This document shows, one piece after another, positions 44,994 through 59,560 of a stretch of DNA of 64,000 nt. The translations under genes were made by a program, and so were the position numbers. The DNA lies in NCBI RefSeq assembly GCF_009914755.1, contig NC_060947.1, one strand, 5' to 3'. This stretch comes from the human T2T-CHM13v2.0 reference genome, Homo sapiens. The notes under the pieces were generated by a model, which saw nothing but the letters and a program-made list of their open reading frames with translations, was not told where the DNA came from and searched no databases. Position 1 is the first letter of the stretch. Every line of letters starts with the position of its first letter.

Positions 44994-45789
44994 TGAAAGG
45001 AGTTAGTTAGCTTGCCTTAGGTAGATAACAAGGGAAGGGTTCCTGGAGAGCCTCCAGCCCTTGGGTCAGTGCTTCATCCCCACATAGCATAAAAAGCAGC
45101 CTGGGAAAAAAATTCAAGCTGCAGGCACTGATAAGAGAACTAGCACAGGGTGTTGTGCCTGGAGACATGCCCAGGCTGCACAGATAGAAAAACTTCTGGC
45201 CCATTTGGATAAAAACTTGCACAAACCTCCAGCTTACTCAGATAAGGGAACAAGGCCTGACACAGAAATGCCTTTGTCCTTTATATAGTCAGTGGGCTCC
45301 CAGGAAAAATATTTCTTCCTTTGTGGGCATGGGCACAGTGGGCTTGGTGTGTTCCAGCTTCTAAGAATCATCACTTCAGCACCTGATTGGTCCCGGGCCA
45401 AGGTCACAGACCAAGCTTTCACTTCAGCTTCTGATAATCCCTGGGCCAAGCTAAGCAGCAACTATTAATCATTTCAGCACCCAGTTGGTTCTGGGCCAAG
45501 TCCGTGTGCCAAGCTGATCACACTGTTCTCCAAGACAGCCCACAGAATAAGCACATTCCTTCCCCTTCCCAGTCCATAATAATCCTGGACCCCAGCATCA
45601 TAGGAGCTGCCCCTTTTGGGCCCCCCTCTCTGCTGGCAGAGAGCTTTCTTCTTTCATTTATTAAACTTTCACTCTAACCTCACCTTTGTGTCTGCACTCC
45701 TTAATCTTCTTGGAGGTAGGACAAAGAACTCTGGGCATTATCTCAGACAAGAGACTGCTACATCTTGCTGCATTGCTGAGACTACAACA
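44994..45789 (+). mobile_element. MER50-like ERV1 solo LTR inserted in the L1 3' UTR
   Basis: Runs tgaaaggagttagttagcttgccttagg through attaaactttcactc to gagactacaaca. The L1 3' UTR (ggcttat | tacctg) resumes afterwards. Confidence 0.75.
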
Positions 45790-45939
45790 CCATTACCTGT
45801 GTGACAAAATAATCTGTACAACAAACCCCTATGACACAAGTTTACCTATATAACAAACCAGCACATGTATCCCTGAACTTAAAATAAAAGTTAAAACAAT
45901 AGTTAAAAAAACCAAATTTATCAGCAAATGGAAATAGAC

Positions 45940-46173
45940 TATGTATTGAGCACCCTGTAAATACCAGGAATTTTACATCCATTATTTTGTTTGAACCTAA
46001 ACATAACATTTGGGAGCTTATTATCACATTCATTTTGCAGAGGAGGAAACTGAAGGCTGAGAGTGTTAGGAAATCTTCCAAGTTTACAAATGAATAAATG
46101 TTAGCACTTGCATTCAAACTAAGGTGGGACTGACTTCACAGTCACGGCTTTTCCCCACAGAACTGTGCTGCCT
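45940..46173 (-). mobile_element. MIR
   Basis: Core cattttgcagaggaggaaactgaaggctgagag, with tattgagcac at the end. Confidence 0.85.
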
Positions 46174-46269
46174 TAAGATCATTTATGTTTTATAATGGTG
46201 ATTGTATATGAAAACATAGCATTAATTTTTTATTTAACAAATATTTACTTGGTAAATAAAATGTGACCA

Positions 46270-47186
46270 GCAAAAAACCTCAACAAATTTATAAGCAAAA
46301 ACTAAACAACCCCATTAAAAAGTGGGCAAAAGACATGAACACTTTCAAAAGAAGATATACATGCAGCCAACAAGCATATAAAGAAAAGCTCAACATCACC
46401 AGTCATTAGAGAAATGCAAATCAAAACCATGAGATACCATCTCACACCGGTCATAATGGCTATTATTAAAAAGTCAAAAAATAACAGATGCTGGCACAGT
46501 TGTGGAGAAAAATAAATTATACACTGCTGACGAGAGCGTAAATTAGTTCAACCATGGTGGAAAGTAATGTAATTATTCTTCAAGGAGCTAAAAGCAGAAT
46601 TGCCGTTCAACCCAGCAATCTCATTTTTGGGTATATAACCAAAGGAATATAAATCATTCTATCATAAAGACACATGCACGTGTATGTTGATTACAGCACT
46701 ATTCATACCAGCAAAGACATAGAATCAATCTAAATGCCCATTAATGGTAGACTGGATAAAGAAAATGTGGTATATATGCACGATGAAATACTATGCAGAC
46801 ATCAAAAAGACTGAGATCATGTCCTTTGCAGGAACATGGATGGAGCTAGAGGACAATTACTAAGGATAATGGAGGTTATTATACTTAGTAAATTAATGAA
46901 GGAACAGAAAACCAAATACTACATGTTCTCACTTGTAAGTGGGAGCTAAATGATGAGGACACATGGACACATAGAGGGGAACAACAGACACCGGGACCTA
47001 CCAGAAGGTGGAGGTTGGGAGGAGGGAGAAAATCAAGAAAAATAGCCAGTGGATACTAGGCTTAATACCTGGGTGATGAAATAATTGGTACAACAAACCT
47101 CTACGATGCAAGTTTACCTATATGACAAACATACACATGTATCCCTAAACTTAAAAGTTAAAAAATAAAATAAAATAGAAAATAAA
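46270..47186 (+). mobile_element. 5'-truncated L1PA13-16-class 3' fragment
   Basis: ORF2 end plus 3' UTR ggatactaggcttaatacctgggtgatgaaataa and an A-rich tail. Confidence 0.9.
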
Positions 47187-50100
47187 GGCTGTGTATTTTA
47201 AATTTCAATAAAATAAAGTTAAATGATACAAGAGAAAGAAATATCTAAGCCAAGCTGGATAATTTAATCAGACATTTAATGAATAATTAAAACCAATATT
47301 ACATAATATTTTCTCAAAAAAGAAAAGGAGGAAAATACGTTCCAGTTGGTTTTATATAACTAGTATTACCCTACTATGAAAACCAAACACAGTAGACACA
47401 GAAAACACAAACCAATATTTCTCATGAACTTAGGTTCAAAAATTCTCAATACAATATTAGCAAACTGAATCCAACAATACGTTAAAAAGCTTTATTAAAA
47501 ATAATCAAGTGGAATTTATTCAAATTATACAGGGCTCATTCAACATTTGAAAATTAATATAATTTACCATATCAATAAACAAAACAAGAAAAATCATATG
47601 ATCATATCAATCAATGCAAAAATGCATTTGATAAAACCCATCATCCAATCATAATAAATTCAGCAAATTGGAATACAAGGAAATTAATTTGATAAAGAGA
47701 TCTATTAAAAAACTTATAACTAACATCATATTTAGTGGTGAAAGACAACGCTTTTGCTCCAAGATTAGGGACAAGCCAAGGGTGTCTGCTCTCACCATTC
47801 TTATTCAACATAGTACTGGAAATTCAAGCCACTGCAATGAAGCAAGGAAAAGATACAAAAGACATACATATTGCAAAGGAAGAAATAAAACTGGCCTTGT
47901 TCACAGATAACATAATTATCTAAGTAGAAATTTCCAATTAGTCTACTAAAACTCCTAGAACTAATCAGTGAGTTTGGCAATGTTTCAAGATAAAAGATCA
48001 ACATGCAAAACATAATAATATTTCTACATGCTAACAACAAACATGCAGAGGCCAAAAATTTAAAAAGCCAACATAATTTACAACCCCTCCAAAGTAAATG
48101 AAATACATAGGTATATATTTAACAGAACATGTGTAGATTCTGTATGCTGAGGATTACAAAATGCTGCTTAAAGAAATCAAAGAAGACCTGAAAGCTTGGA
48201 AAGTATTGGAAATTGTGTTCATGGATTGAAAGTCTCAATAAAGATATCAGTTATCCCCAAATGGATCTTAGATTTAATTGATTTCCTATCAAAATCCCAG
48301 CATGTTTTTGCAGGCATAGACAAGCTTATTTTCAAATTTGTATGGAAAGGCAAGGGAACTAAAGTAGCTGAATTACTCTACTGACATTAGTACTTAATAT
48401 ACAGCACAGTAATCAAAACAATCAAAATGTGGTATTTGCAATGACATAGACACAAGGATCAATGGGACAGAATGGAGAACCCAGAAATAGTCCCAAACAA
48501 ATATGCTTAATCAAGTTTTGACAAGCAAAAGCAATTTAAGGGGAGAAGGATAATCTTTTTCAACAAAGGGTCCTGGAGCTATTGGACATCCATAGGCAAA
48601 GAAGCAAAATCCACCTTAAACTTCACACCTTATATGAAAATTAACTCAAAGTGCATCATGATCTTAAGTCTGACATGTAAATCTATACAACTTTTAGGAA
48701 AAATCTTCAGTATTTAGTGCTAAGCAATTGTTAGACTTGAAACCAATGCCACTATTCATAAAAACAAAAAACAAAGAATTCGAACTTGTCAAAATTAAAC
48801 ACTTTGGTTCTGACAAAGTCATGTTAAGAGGATGAAAGAATAAACTATACACTACAAGAATATATTTGCACACACCCATATTATAATGGACTAATATTTA
48901 GAATATATAAAGGACTCTCAAAATTTAATAGTAACAAACAAGCAATCCAATTAGAAAATAAGCAGGTATTTCACTGAATAGGATTTGAAATGGCAAATAA
49001 GCATATGAGAAGATTGATCATTGGAGAAAGGCAAATTAAAACCACAATGTGATATCATTATCTGTATATCAGAATAGCTAATTTTTTTAAGCAATAATAC
49101 CAAATGCTGGTGAGGATGCAGATAAACTGGATATATTGCTACCAGGAATGTAAAATGGTATAGCCACTCTGGAAAAGTTTGGCAGTTCTTATAACACTAA
49201 ATATTCAACTATCATAACCCATCAATTATACTCTTGGGAATTTGTCTCAGACAAAACTTATATTAACAAAATCATCTGTACATGCTTTATAGCATCTTTA
49301 CTTAACGAATTAACATACCAAATATATAACATACCAAAAATTGAAAATAACCCAGATATCCTTCAATGGGCAGATGTTTAACAAATGTAGCATACCCCAC
49401 CATGAAATATTACTTGTCAATAAAAAAGAAGTAACTATTGATATACACAAAATCTTGGATGAATCTCCAGGGAATTGTACTGACTGGGAAAAAAAAGCCA
49501 ATCCTAAAATATTTTAAACTGTATAATTCCATTTATGTAACATTCTTGAAATGACCAAATTATGAAAAATTGAGAACAATTTAGTGATTGCCCGTGGTCA
49601 GGGAGTCAAGAATGGGATGGGATAGCGAGTTGGGCGTGGCTAGAAAAGGGACATCATGAGGGATCTTTGTATTGATGGAACTGTTATATATTTTGGTGGT
49701 ATCAAATGTCAATATCATGATTGTAATGTTGTACTATATTTTTGCAAGATGTTACCAATTGGGAAACTGGGTAGTGGGTGCATAAGATTTCTTACAACTG
49801 CATATGAACCTACAATTATCTTGAAATCAAAAAGTTTACTTAGAAAAAGTATGTGGCAACTTACACTTTGGATAAGAATTGAGTAATAGTGACTTGGAGT
49901 ACCCTTTCTCCTGAAACACCTATAAAACCAGAAAAAATATGAATAAATGCTTTTTAAGACATTGGCTATTGGATAAAAAAAAAGACATCAATCCTTGAGA
50001 TATAGGAAATAAATTATGTGAGCCCTAAGATTACTCCAACTTACAGTCTGGAAAGTTTTCAGGCCTGTATGGCAGGCAGGTACCCAAGTAGATCCTAGTA

Positions 50101-50287
50101 ATCTCCCTGAGTTAAGAAGACAGAATCAGATGTGAAAGGCTAGAGTTGGGAGAGCAGAGTTATGGGGAAGAGCCAATTGCAAAGAGACAACTCCACATAC
50201 CTGCCATAGTCTTATTATACTCTTTAGCTGAGTAATGATCAGCAAGTGTGTGAGCATGTTCCCCCTGGCAGAGGAAAGAATCACTTG

Positions 50288-50660
<373 letters not shown>

Positions 50661-50939
50661 ATCTGTTCCCACAGCTCAAACAGGACAAGGAATGACTTCT
50701 GTTCCTGTGAGTTAGAGTGGGAAACCTCATAATTTACAGGCATCCAGTGAGAATACTCAGAAAGTTTTGCCTGTGTAGGGAAAGCTAGTTCTAGATTAAA
50801 CCCTGCTTTGGTTTCAGTTTTAAAGAGTTTAAAAATAGGACCTGAGAGGATCAAACTCTTTTCAAAAACTATAACCACATTTCAGAACAAACCACAAGAA
50901 TATTTATAGCAATTCAATATTGAGCACCTAAAAAGGTCA

Positions 50940-51172
50940 CTTTAAGTCGAGAAAGAGAGACCTAAGTGACCCTGTTAGCATGCTTAGTATGTTATGCTCT
51001 GTACCAACTTGGGACTGTGAAGAGTCCCTACCAACAAGAAAACTTTCGCCAGATGCAGCCTCTCAACCTTGTACTTCTCAGCCTCTAGAACTGCAAGAAA
51101 TAAATTCCTTTTCTTTATAAATTATCCAGTTTCAGGTATTCTGTTATAAGTGCTGGAAAATGGATTAAGATG
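50940..51172 (+). mobile_element. MaLR LTR 3' part (MLT1A/MST class)
   Basis: cagcctctagaactgcaagaaataaattcc and ttcaggtattctgttata. Confidence 0.75.
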
Positions 51173-52110
51173 TGCCAAAAACTAGAGAAAGAATTGGATC
51201 TGTCAAGGATACCCATGAATGATATAAAAAGGTGCAAATCCAACTTCAATAGAAGAAAACTACAGTTTGTGGGATTGAAGATACATTAGATTGGATTAAT
51301 AGCAAATTATGCAGTACAGATGAAAAGATTAGTGACCTTAACAACAGAGCGATAGAACTATCTATCCAAAATGAACAGAGAAAAAAAGGAAAAGGATGAC
51401 TAATGGATTGAGGGATAATTTAGCAAGTTATGTCAAAACCAAATTGCTCAAAACTAGTGATGGAGTAAATTTTAAAAGCAAGAAAAAAAGCACATTGTGT
51501 GCAGAGTACCAAGGAAATGATGATCTCCAATTTCTCATTGGAAACAATAAAAGTTAGATGATATTGTAACTACATCTTTAAGAAAAAATTAACCTGAATA
51601 CCTAACTCAGTGAAAATAGCTTTCAAAATGAAATGGGAAATACATAGGTTTTCAGACATACAAAGCTGAAAGTGGTTGTCACCAGCAAAATTCTGCTACA
51701 AGATAGGTTACAGGAAGTCCTTCAGGGAAACAGAATATGATTTCAGATAAAATCTGGCTACACAAAGTAATGCAAGTGTACTGGAGACGGTAACCACATG
51801 AATAAATCAAACAGATTTTTTCTTAAATGTCTTCAGAATTGACTATTTAAATGCTATCAAGATATTGTGGATTTAAAAACATATGTATAAGTAAAATGTA
51901 TGACAACAATAGCACAAAGTTTGGGGATGGAGAAATAAAAGTATACTGTGGAAAGATTCTTAAGGCATGAAATTGTATAATATAACTTGAAGATACACTG
52001 TCATAAGTTAAAGACATATTTAAAATGGAATCATGAAACATATTCAATTAATTCATAAGAAGGCAGAACAAGAGGAAAAGAGGAACAAAGAGAAGTTGGG
52101 GCAAATGGAA

Positions 52111-54177
52111 ATGTCATTGGCAAACAGAGACAATTTGACTTCCTCTCTTCCTCCTTGAATACCCTTTATTTCTTTCTCTTGCCTGATTGCCCTGGCCAGA
52201 ACTTCCAATACTATGTTGAATAGGAGTGGTGAGAGAAGGCATCCTTTCGTCTCAGCGCAAAAACTCCTGAAGCTGATAAGCAACTTCAGCAAAGTCTCAG
52301 GATACAAAATCAATGTGCAAAAATCACAAGCATTCCTATACACCAACAATAGACAAGCAGAGAGCCAAATCATGAGTGAACTCCTATTCACAATGACTAC
52401 AAAGACAATAAAATACCTAGGAGTACAACTTACAAGGGACATGGAGAACCTCTTCAAGGAGAACTGCAAACCACTGCTAAGGGAAATAAGAGAGGACACA
52501 AACAAATGGAAAAACATTCCCTGCTCATGGATAGAAAGAATCAATATCGTGAAAATGGCCATACTGCCCAAAGTAATTTATAGATTCAGTGCTATTCCCA
52601 TCAAGCTACCATTGACTTCCTTCGCAGAATTAGAAAAAAAACTACTTTAAATTTCATATGGAACCAAAAAAAGCCCATTTAGCCAAGACAATTCTAAGCA
52701 AAAAAGAACAAAGCTGTAGGCATCACGCTACCTGACTTCAAATTATAGTACAAGACTACAGTAACCAAAACAGCATCGTGTTGGTACCAAAACAGATATA
52801 TAGACCAATGGAACAGAAGAGAGACCTCAGAAATAACACCACACATCTTCAACCATCTGATCTTCAGCAAACCGAACAAAAACAAGCAATGGAGAAAAGA
52901 TTCCCTATTTAATAAATGGTGCTGGGATAACTGGATAGCCATATACAGAAAACAGAAAGTGGACCCCTTCCTCACACCTTATACAAAAGGCAACTCAAGA
53001 TGGATTAAAGACTTAAATGTAAAACCCCAAACCATAACAACCCTAGAAGAAAACCTAGGCAATACCATTCAGGACATAGGCATGGGCAAAAAATTCATGA
53101 CTAAAACACCAAAAGCAATTGCAACAAAAGCCAAAATTGACAAATGGGATCTAATCAAATTAAACAGCTTCTGCACAGCAAAAGAAACTATCATTAGAGT
53201 GAACAGGCAACCTGCAGAATGGGAGAAAATTTTTGCAAGCTACCCATCTGACAAAGATCTGATATCCGGAATCTACAAGGAACTTAAACAAATTGACAAG
53301 AGAAAAACAAACAACCTGATCAAAAAGTGGGCAAAGGATATGAACAGACACTTCTCATAAGAAGACATTTATGTGGCCAACAAACATGTGAAAAAAACCT
53401 CAACATCCCTGGTCATTAGAGAAATGCAAATCAAAACCACAATGAGATACCATCTCATGCCAGTCAGGATAATGGTTATTAAAAAGGCAGGAAACAACTG
53501 ATGCTGGTGAGGCTGTGGCAAAATAGGAATGCTTTTACACTGTTGGTGGGAGTGTAAATGAGTTCAACCATTGTGGAAGTCAGTGTGGCGATTCCTCAAG
53601 GATCTAGAACTAGAAATACCATTTGACCCAGCAATCCCACTACTGGGTATATACCCAAAGGATCATAAATCATGCTACTATAAAGACACATGCACACGTA
53701 TGTTTACTGCAGCACTATTTACAATAGCAAAGACTTGGAACCAACCCAAATGCCCATCAATGATAGACTGGATAAAGAAAATGTGGCACATATACACCAT
53801 GGAATACTATGCAGCCATAAAAAAGAATGAGTTCGTGTCCTTTGCAAGGACATGGATGAAGCTGGAAGCCATAATTCTCAGCAAACTAACACAGGAACAG
53901 AAAACCAAACACCTCATGTTCTCACTCATAAGTGGGAGTTGAACAATGAGAACACATGGATTCAGGGAGAGGAACATCACACACCGGGGCCTGTCAGGGT
54001 GTAGGGGGCAAGGGGAGGGAGAACATTAGGACAAATACCTAATACATGCGGGGCTTAAAACCTAGATGACAGGTTGATAGGTTCAGCAAACCACCATGGC
54101 ACATGTATACCTGTGTAACAAACCTGCACATTTTGCACATGTATCCCATAGCTTAAAGTAAAATAAACAAAAAAAAA
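52111..54177 (+). mobile_element. L1PA7/8-like 5'-inverted insertion: inverted 52111-52246 (-), sense 52247-54177 (+)
   Basis: Antisense [28 protein letters not shown]...LSLFAND joined to sense VSAQKLLKL. 3' UTR gcggggcttaaaacctagatgac. Confidence 0.92.
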
Positions 54178-55990
54178 TAGCAAGATGGTAGGTTTTAACC
54201 CAATCACATCAACAACCATATCTAATATAAACAGTCTAAACAACCTAAATGTAAGGTTGGGTAAAAAAACAAGACTAAACTATAGGCTGCTCGCAAGAAA
54301 CCCACTGTAGTTATTAAGACACACCAAAAAGTAAAAGTGAAAGGATGGAAACAATATACCATGATAACAGTAATCAAAAGGAAGCTGGAATGACTATATT
54401 GATATACAACAATATAGATTTTAGAGACATAATTAGTGTTTATGTATCAGGACACTCAATTTTTAAGGTCTCAATTCCACTTAAATTGATCAGTAGAGTC
54501 ACTACAATTCCAGTCAATATCCCAGCAGTCTCTTTGTAGAAATTAACTAGGAGATTCTAAAATTCACATGAAAATGCAAAGAAGATTGAATAGCCAAAAC
54601 AACTTTGATAAGGAACAAAGTTGGAGAACATACTTCCTGACTTCTTGCAAAGGTGCGTTAATCAAAATAGTGTAGTGCTATTGTAAAAATAAACAATAGA
54701 GCAATGAAATAGAAGAGAAAGTTCAGAAATATATTACTCATACATGAACAATTGATATGATATTTTACAAAGATGCAAAGGCAATTCAGAAGAAGAAACA
54801 TTCTTTTCAGCAAATGACACAGGAACAATTGAATATACACATAAAAATCTCACATTATGTTCAAAAAATTAAACCATAGAACTAAATGTGAAGTATAAAA
54901 CCACAAAACATTGTAAACAAATAGAAGAAAACCTTGATGGCTTTCAGTTAGGCAGAGACTTCTTATATATGACAGCATTGCATAATCCTTAAGGGAATAA
55001 AATAATAAATCAGACTTCAAGAAAATTTAAAAGTTGTGCTCTTTGAAGAGCTATAAGAGGATGAAAAGACTTCATAAACCAGAAGAAAAATTTTTTAAAA
55101 TGATATATCAGATAAAGGACTTCTATACAGAATGTATACAGAACTCTCAAGATTAAATAAAATGAAAACAAATTACCAAATAAAAATAGGGAAAATATTT
55201 GAATCGACACTTCACTCAGGAAGATATATGAATGGCAAATAAGCACATGAAAGTTGTTCAACATCATAATAAGGAAGCAACTGCACACTTAATAGACCAG
55301 TTAAAAATTGTGTATACCTAGTGTTGGTGAAAATGTGGAGAACTGAACTCATATATTTTCGATGGGAATGTAAAATGATGCAGTTACTTTGAAACAGCTT
55401 GGCAGTTTCTTAAAATGTTAAGCGTACATCTACTATATGATCCAGTCATTCCACCATTAGGTATTTATGCAAAAAAAATATGACTACACAAAGGCTTTTA
55501 CATGAATTTTGTAGCAGCTTTATTTGTAACAGCCCCAAACTGGAAATAACCAAATTTCCCGTTAATAGGTGAGTGGCTAAAAAATCCATTGTGTGTAAAT
55601 TCAATGGACTACTAATCAGCAATAATAAGGAATAAGCTATTGATACATATAACAAGAAGAATGAATCTCAAAATAATTATTCTGAGTAAAAGAAGCTGAT
55701 AAAGAAGGTGACTCACTGTACAAGTGTATGTATATAAAATTCTGGAAAAACAAATCTATAGTGACAGAAAGCAGATTAGTGGTTGACTAGGGATAGGGAC
55801 TGAGTGGGGGGTGATTAAAAAGGGGTGCAAGGAAAAGATGTTATGCTGATTGTGGTGATAGTTTAACAGTTTATACATATGTCAAAACATATTAAGTTAT
55901 GTAATTTAAATACATGTGGTTTATTTTAGGTCAATTATACCTCAATAAAGCAGTTTAAAGAAAAAGCAGGTTATTAAACAGTAAGTAAGG

Positions 55991-56381
55991 TGTCTTAGTC
56001 CTTTCCTGATGCTATAGCAGAAACTCCTTAGACTGGGTAATTTATAAATAATACAAATATTTCCCACAGTTCTGGAGGCTAGGAAGCCCAAGATCAAAGT
56101 GCCAGCAGACTCAGTGTCTGAGGAGGGCTTGCACCTTCTTGCTGCATCTTCACATGGCAGAAGGGGCAAAAGGGAGAAACACTGTGTCCTCACATGGCAG
56201 AAGATATGGAAGGGCCAGGCAGTTTACTGAAGCCTCTTTTTAAGGGCATCCATCCCATTCACAAGGGTAGAGAATTTCTGACTTAATCACTTCCTTAAAG
56301 GACCCACCTCTTAATACCATCACCTTAGGGTTTAGGTTCCAACATATGAATTCTGGAGGAACATACTTTCAAACCATATTA
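55991..56381 (-). mobile_element. MaLR solo LTR (MST/MLT1A class)
   Basis: tgtcttagtcc, agactgggtaatttataaa, ctcacatggcagaag and tcaaaccata. Confidence 0.85.
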
Positions 56382-57034
56382 GACAGCCTATCCACAAGAT
56401 TTTACAGTATGTTGTTTCTAAAAACAATGAAGTTGCTATATATGTAGTGACATAGAAATGTCATGTTATTTTTTAAAAAGGCAAAATGCAGAATGGAATG
56501 TATCATATGGCCCCATTTTCGAAGCAGAATACATGTTTTTGAACAGTATGTAAAAAAATCTATAAAATATATGCCAATAATTAATAGAGCATAGCTGGAT
56601 AAGCAGGCACGGACCAGGGGTGATGGAGATACAGGATTATATCAACATCTATATTATAACATTCTCCTGGTTCGATTTTTCTTTAAAAATTTACATGAGT
56701 TTTGCTACCAGAAAAATGAGATATTTTAGAAATATAAAGAATGTATTGTTCAAAATAATCTTTTAAATGATGAAAATAATACTTTTGATTTAAAAATATT
56801 TAAATATATCGTTGAATTTAAAAACCATAGTATCAAATAATATTCACATATATATGTGTGAAAATTTATGAAGGATAAAAACCACAAATATTTACAGTAG
56901 GCATCTCTGGTGTGTTATACTGTCTTCCTTATATATCTTGTATTTTTGCATTTTTATATTTTCTATGAGCATATATAATTATTTTACAGAGAAATATTGA
57001 CAATAAAGACATTATAATCCTATTGTATCTGATT

Positions 57035-57550
57035 CTCTCAGTTCTTTTTCCATTCTTCTGTATTATAAGTAATGGAAGCCCATAGACTACTTCGCCCAGA
57101 CTCCCTTGCTACCTTGATATCTGTTAGATTATGTAAATGGGAGAAACTGGTAGGAGATTGGGAAGGTGGAAGAAGGAGAGAAGCCATTGTTCTTTTTTTC
57201 TCTCTTTTTTTTGGCAATATAAGTTTCCTATAATTGCAGTAGTAGGAGTGGGGAGGTAGACTCCTCAGCAGGAGTGTGGGTTCCCCAGTAGAAATGTAGT
57301 CTCCTGGGTTCCTGCTCAGGCAGAATGGTCCTGGCTGTGGTGTCACAGATGGTCTGGCAGCCTACGCAGCAGTGTGCTCCTAGCTCTGGCTCTGACAGAG
57401 GCAGTGGGAGTTGTAGCAGGCTTGGAAGCACAGCACTTGTATATTTTGATCCCTATAGCTTCAGGGCACTCATGGGCTTTGGCTCCGATGACAAAAGTGG
57501 CAGGTGACTTTGAGCAAGTGGGCTTCTGTAACATCAGTGTTGCTGTCACA
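57035..57550 (+). mobile_element. Old ERVL-class LTR (LTR33-like)
   Basis: ccagactcccttgc and aatgggagaaactggtaggagattgggaagg motifs; boundaries approximate. Confidence 0.45.
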
Positions 57551-58020
57551 CATGAGTACAAATATACTCACAACTTAAAATAAATGAACAATAATAAGAA
57601 TATATTGGTCTTAGGGTGTTATGATAGTACTCTTATAGTTCTTTTTTAACATATATTCCATGTATGAGATCTCCTCTGTATGATCCCCACTCTTTTTATT
57701 CTCATATCTCTACTGCATCTTCATTGACAAGATTCTTTTTCTGATATGACTCTTTTTTTCTGATTCTCCTTTTCTGTCTTGTACTTAATTCAGTATCTTC
57801 AAGTATTGCCCACTCAAAACAAGTGTTTAAACCCCTTTGCAGTTTTAGGAGGAAAAGATGAGGGCACCAAAGTTGGTATCAGTTAGTAATCCTAAAACAA
57901 AAGAGCCATATTAAAAGCCTCACGTTAGTAGAGAACCAGGAATTTAAAACATGTCAATATCCCAAGGATTTTCCCAGGATGCAAATAATTTATGACAGAT
58001 TTCTAGTCTATATTTATGTA

Positions 58021-59159
58021 AAGTCATGCACTGAATAATGATGGTTTGGTTGACGACAAACAACATATGCAAAAGTGGTCCCATAGATTATAATGGAGCT
58101 AAAAAGTTCCCATGGCTGAGTGAAGTCCACAGTAGCTGTCGTAGCATTATTCATCTGCTTGTGGTGATTCTGGTGAAAACAAACCTACTGCACTTCCAGT
58201 TGTATAAAAGCATAATTTAACACATACAATTATGTGCAGTACATAATATTTGATAATAATTAATGACTGCTATTCATTTATGCATTTACTATACATTTTA
58301 TTGTTATTTTATAGCGTATTTCTTCAACTTATTAAAACAGTTAACTGTAAAACAGCCTCAGGCAGTTCCTACAGGAGGTATTCCAGAAGAAGGCTTGTTA
58401 TCATAGGAGATGACAGCTCCATGCCTGTTACCGCCCCTGAAGACCTTCCAATGAAACAAGCTGTGGAGCTGGAAGACAGTGAAATTGATGATCTTGACCC
58501 TGTATAGGCCTAGGCTAATGTGTTTGTGTTTTAGTTATTTTTTAAAAGTTTTAAAAGTTAAAAAAAAATTTAAAAAATAGGAAAGAGCTTATAGAATCAG
58601 GATATAAAAGAAGAAAATATTTTTGTAGAACTATACAATGTGTTTGTGTTTTAACCTAAATGTTATTACAAAATAATCAAAAGTTAAAAAATTAAAAAGT
58701 TTATAAAGTAAAACAGTTATAGTAAGCTGTTTATTATTGAAGAAAAATAATTTTAATTAATTTAAGTTTCCAGTGTTTATAAAATCTACAGTAGTGTACA
58801 GTAATGTCCTAGGCCTTCACAGTCACTCACTACTCACTCACTGACTCGCCAAGAGCAACTTCCAGTCCTGAAAGCTCCATTCATGGTACATGCCCTACAT
58901 AGGTATACCATATTTTATCTTTTATACTTTATTTAAAAGTACCTTTTATATGTTTAGATATGTTTACACACACAAATACTTACCATTGTGTTACAACTGC
59001 CTATAGTATATGGTAACATGTACAGGTTTATAGCATAGGAGTATAGTAGGCTATACTATAGGTTTATGTAAGTACACTTTATGATGTTCGCACCACTAAG
59101 AAATTGCCTAATGATGCGTTTCTCAGGATGTATTCCTGTCATTGAGCAATGCATGACTG
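58021..59159. mobile_element. Tigger3-family (TcMar-Tigger) non-autonomous DNA transposon
   Basis: Inverted termini agtcatgca...tgcatgactg with TA target duplication (58019-58020, 59160-59161). Confidence 0.9.
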
Positions 59160-59449
59160 TACATCAACAGACCATGTATATCTTCAGATGCTCTACAATT
59201 CATTTGGATTTCTTTTTCCCTTTCTCCCATTCTCGCTATGTCTTCATTAGTTGCTTGCTCCATGCCTAGGTAGGGTTAGTAGTACAAAAAACTTTTAATT
59301 ATTGTAATTTCGCTTATATGGCTTTATATATGGCAGTGTTAGTTTTCCCTACTTACACTTATTTTTCAAAAGTTTCCTGTAAATTCCCACATGTTTTTAT
59401 TTCAGGTGAACTACAGTATTGATTACTTCTATCAACTTGAGTTAGATAT

Positions 59450-59560
59450 TAAAATTACATTTTATAGATGAGGAAACTGAGGTACACAGAAATTAAGAAA
59501 CTTAAGATGACATGACAAGTGGTAGAGCTGGGAAATAAATTCATATCTATCAGACTGCCT
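59450..59560 (-). mobile_element. MIR core fragment
   Basis: cattttatagatgaggaaactgaggtacacaga. Confidence 0.75.
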
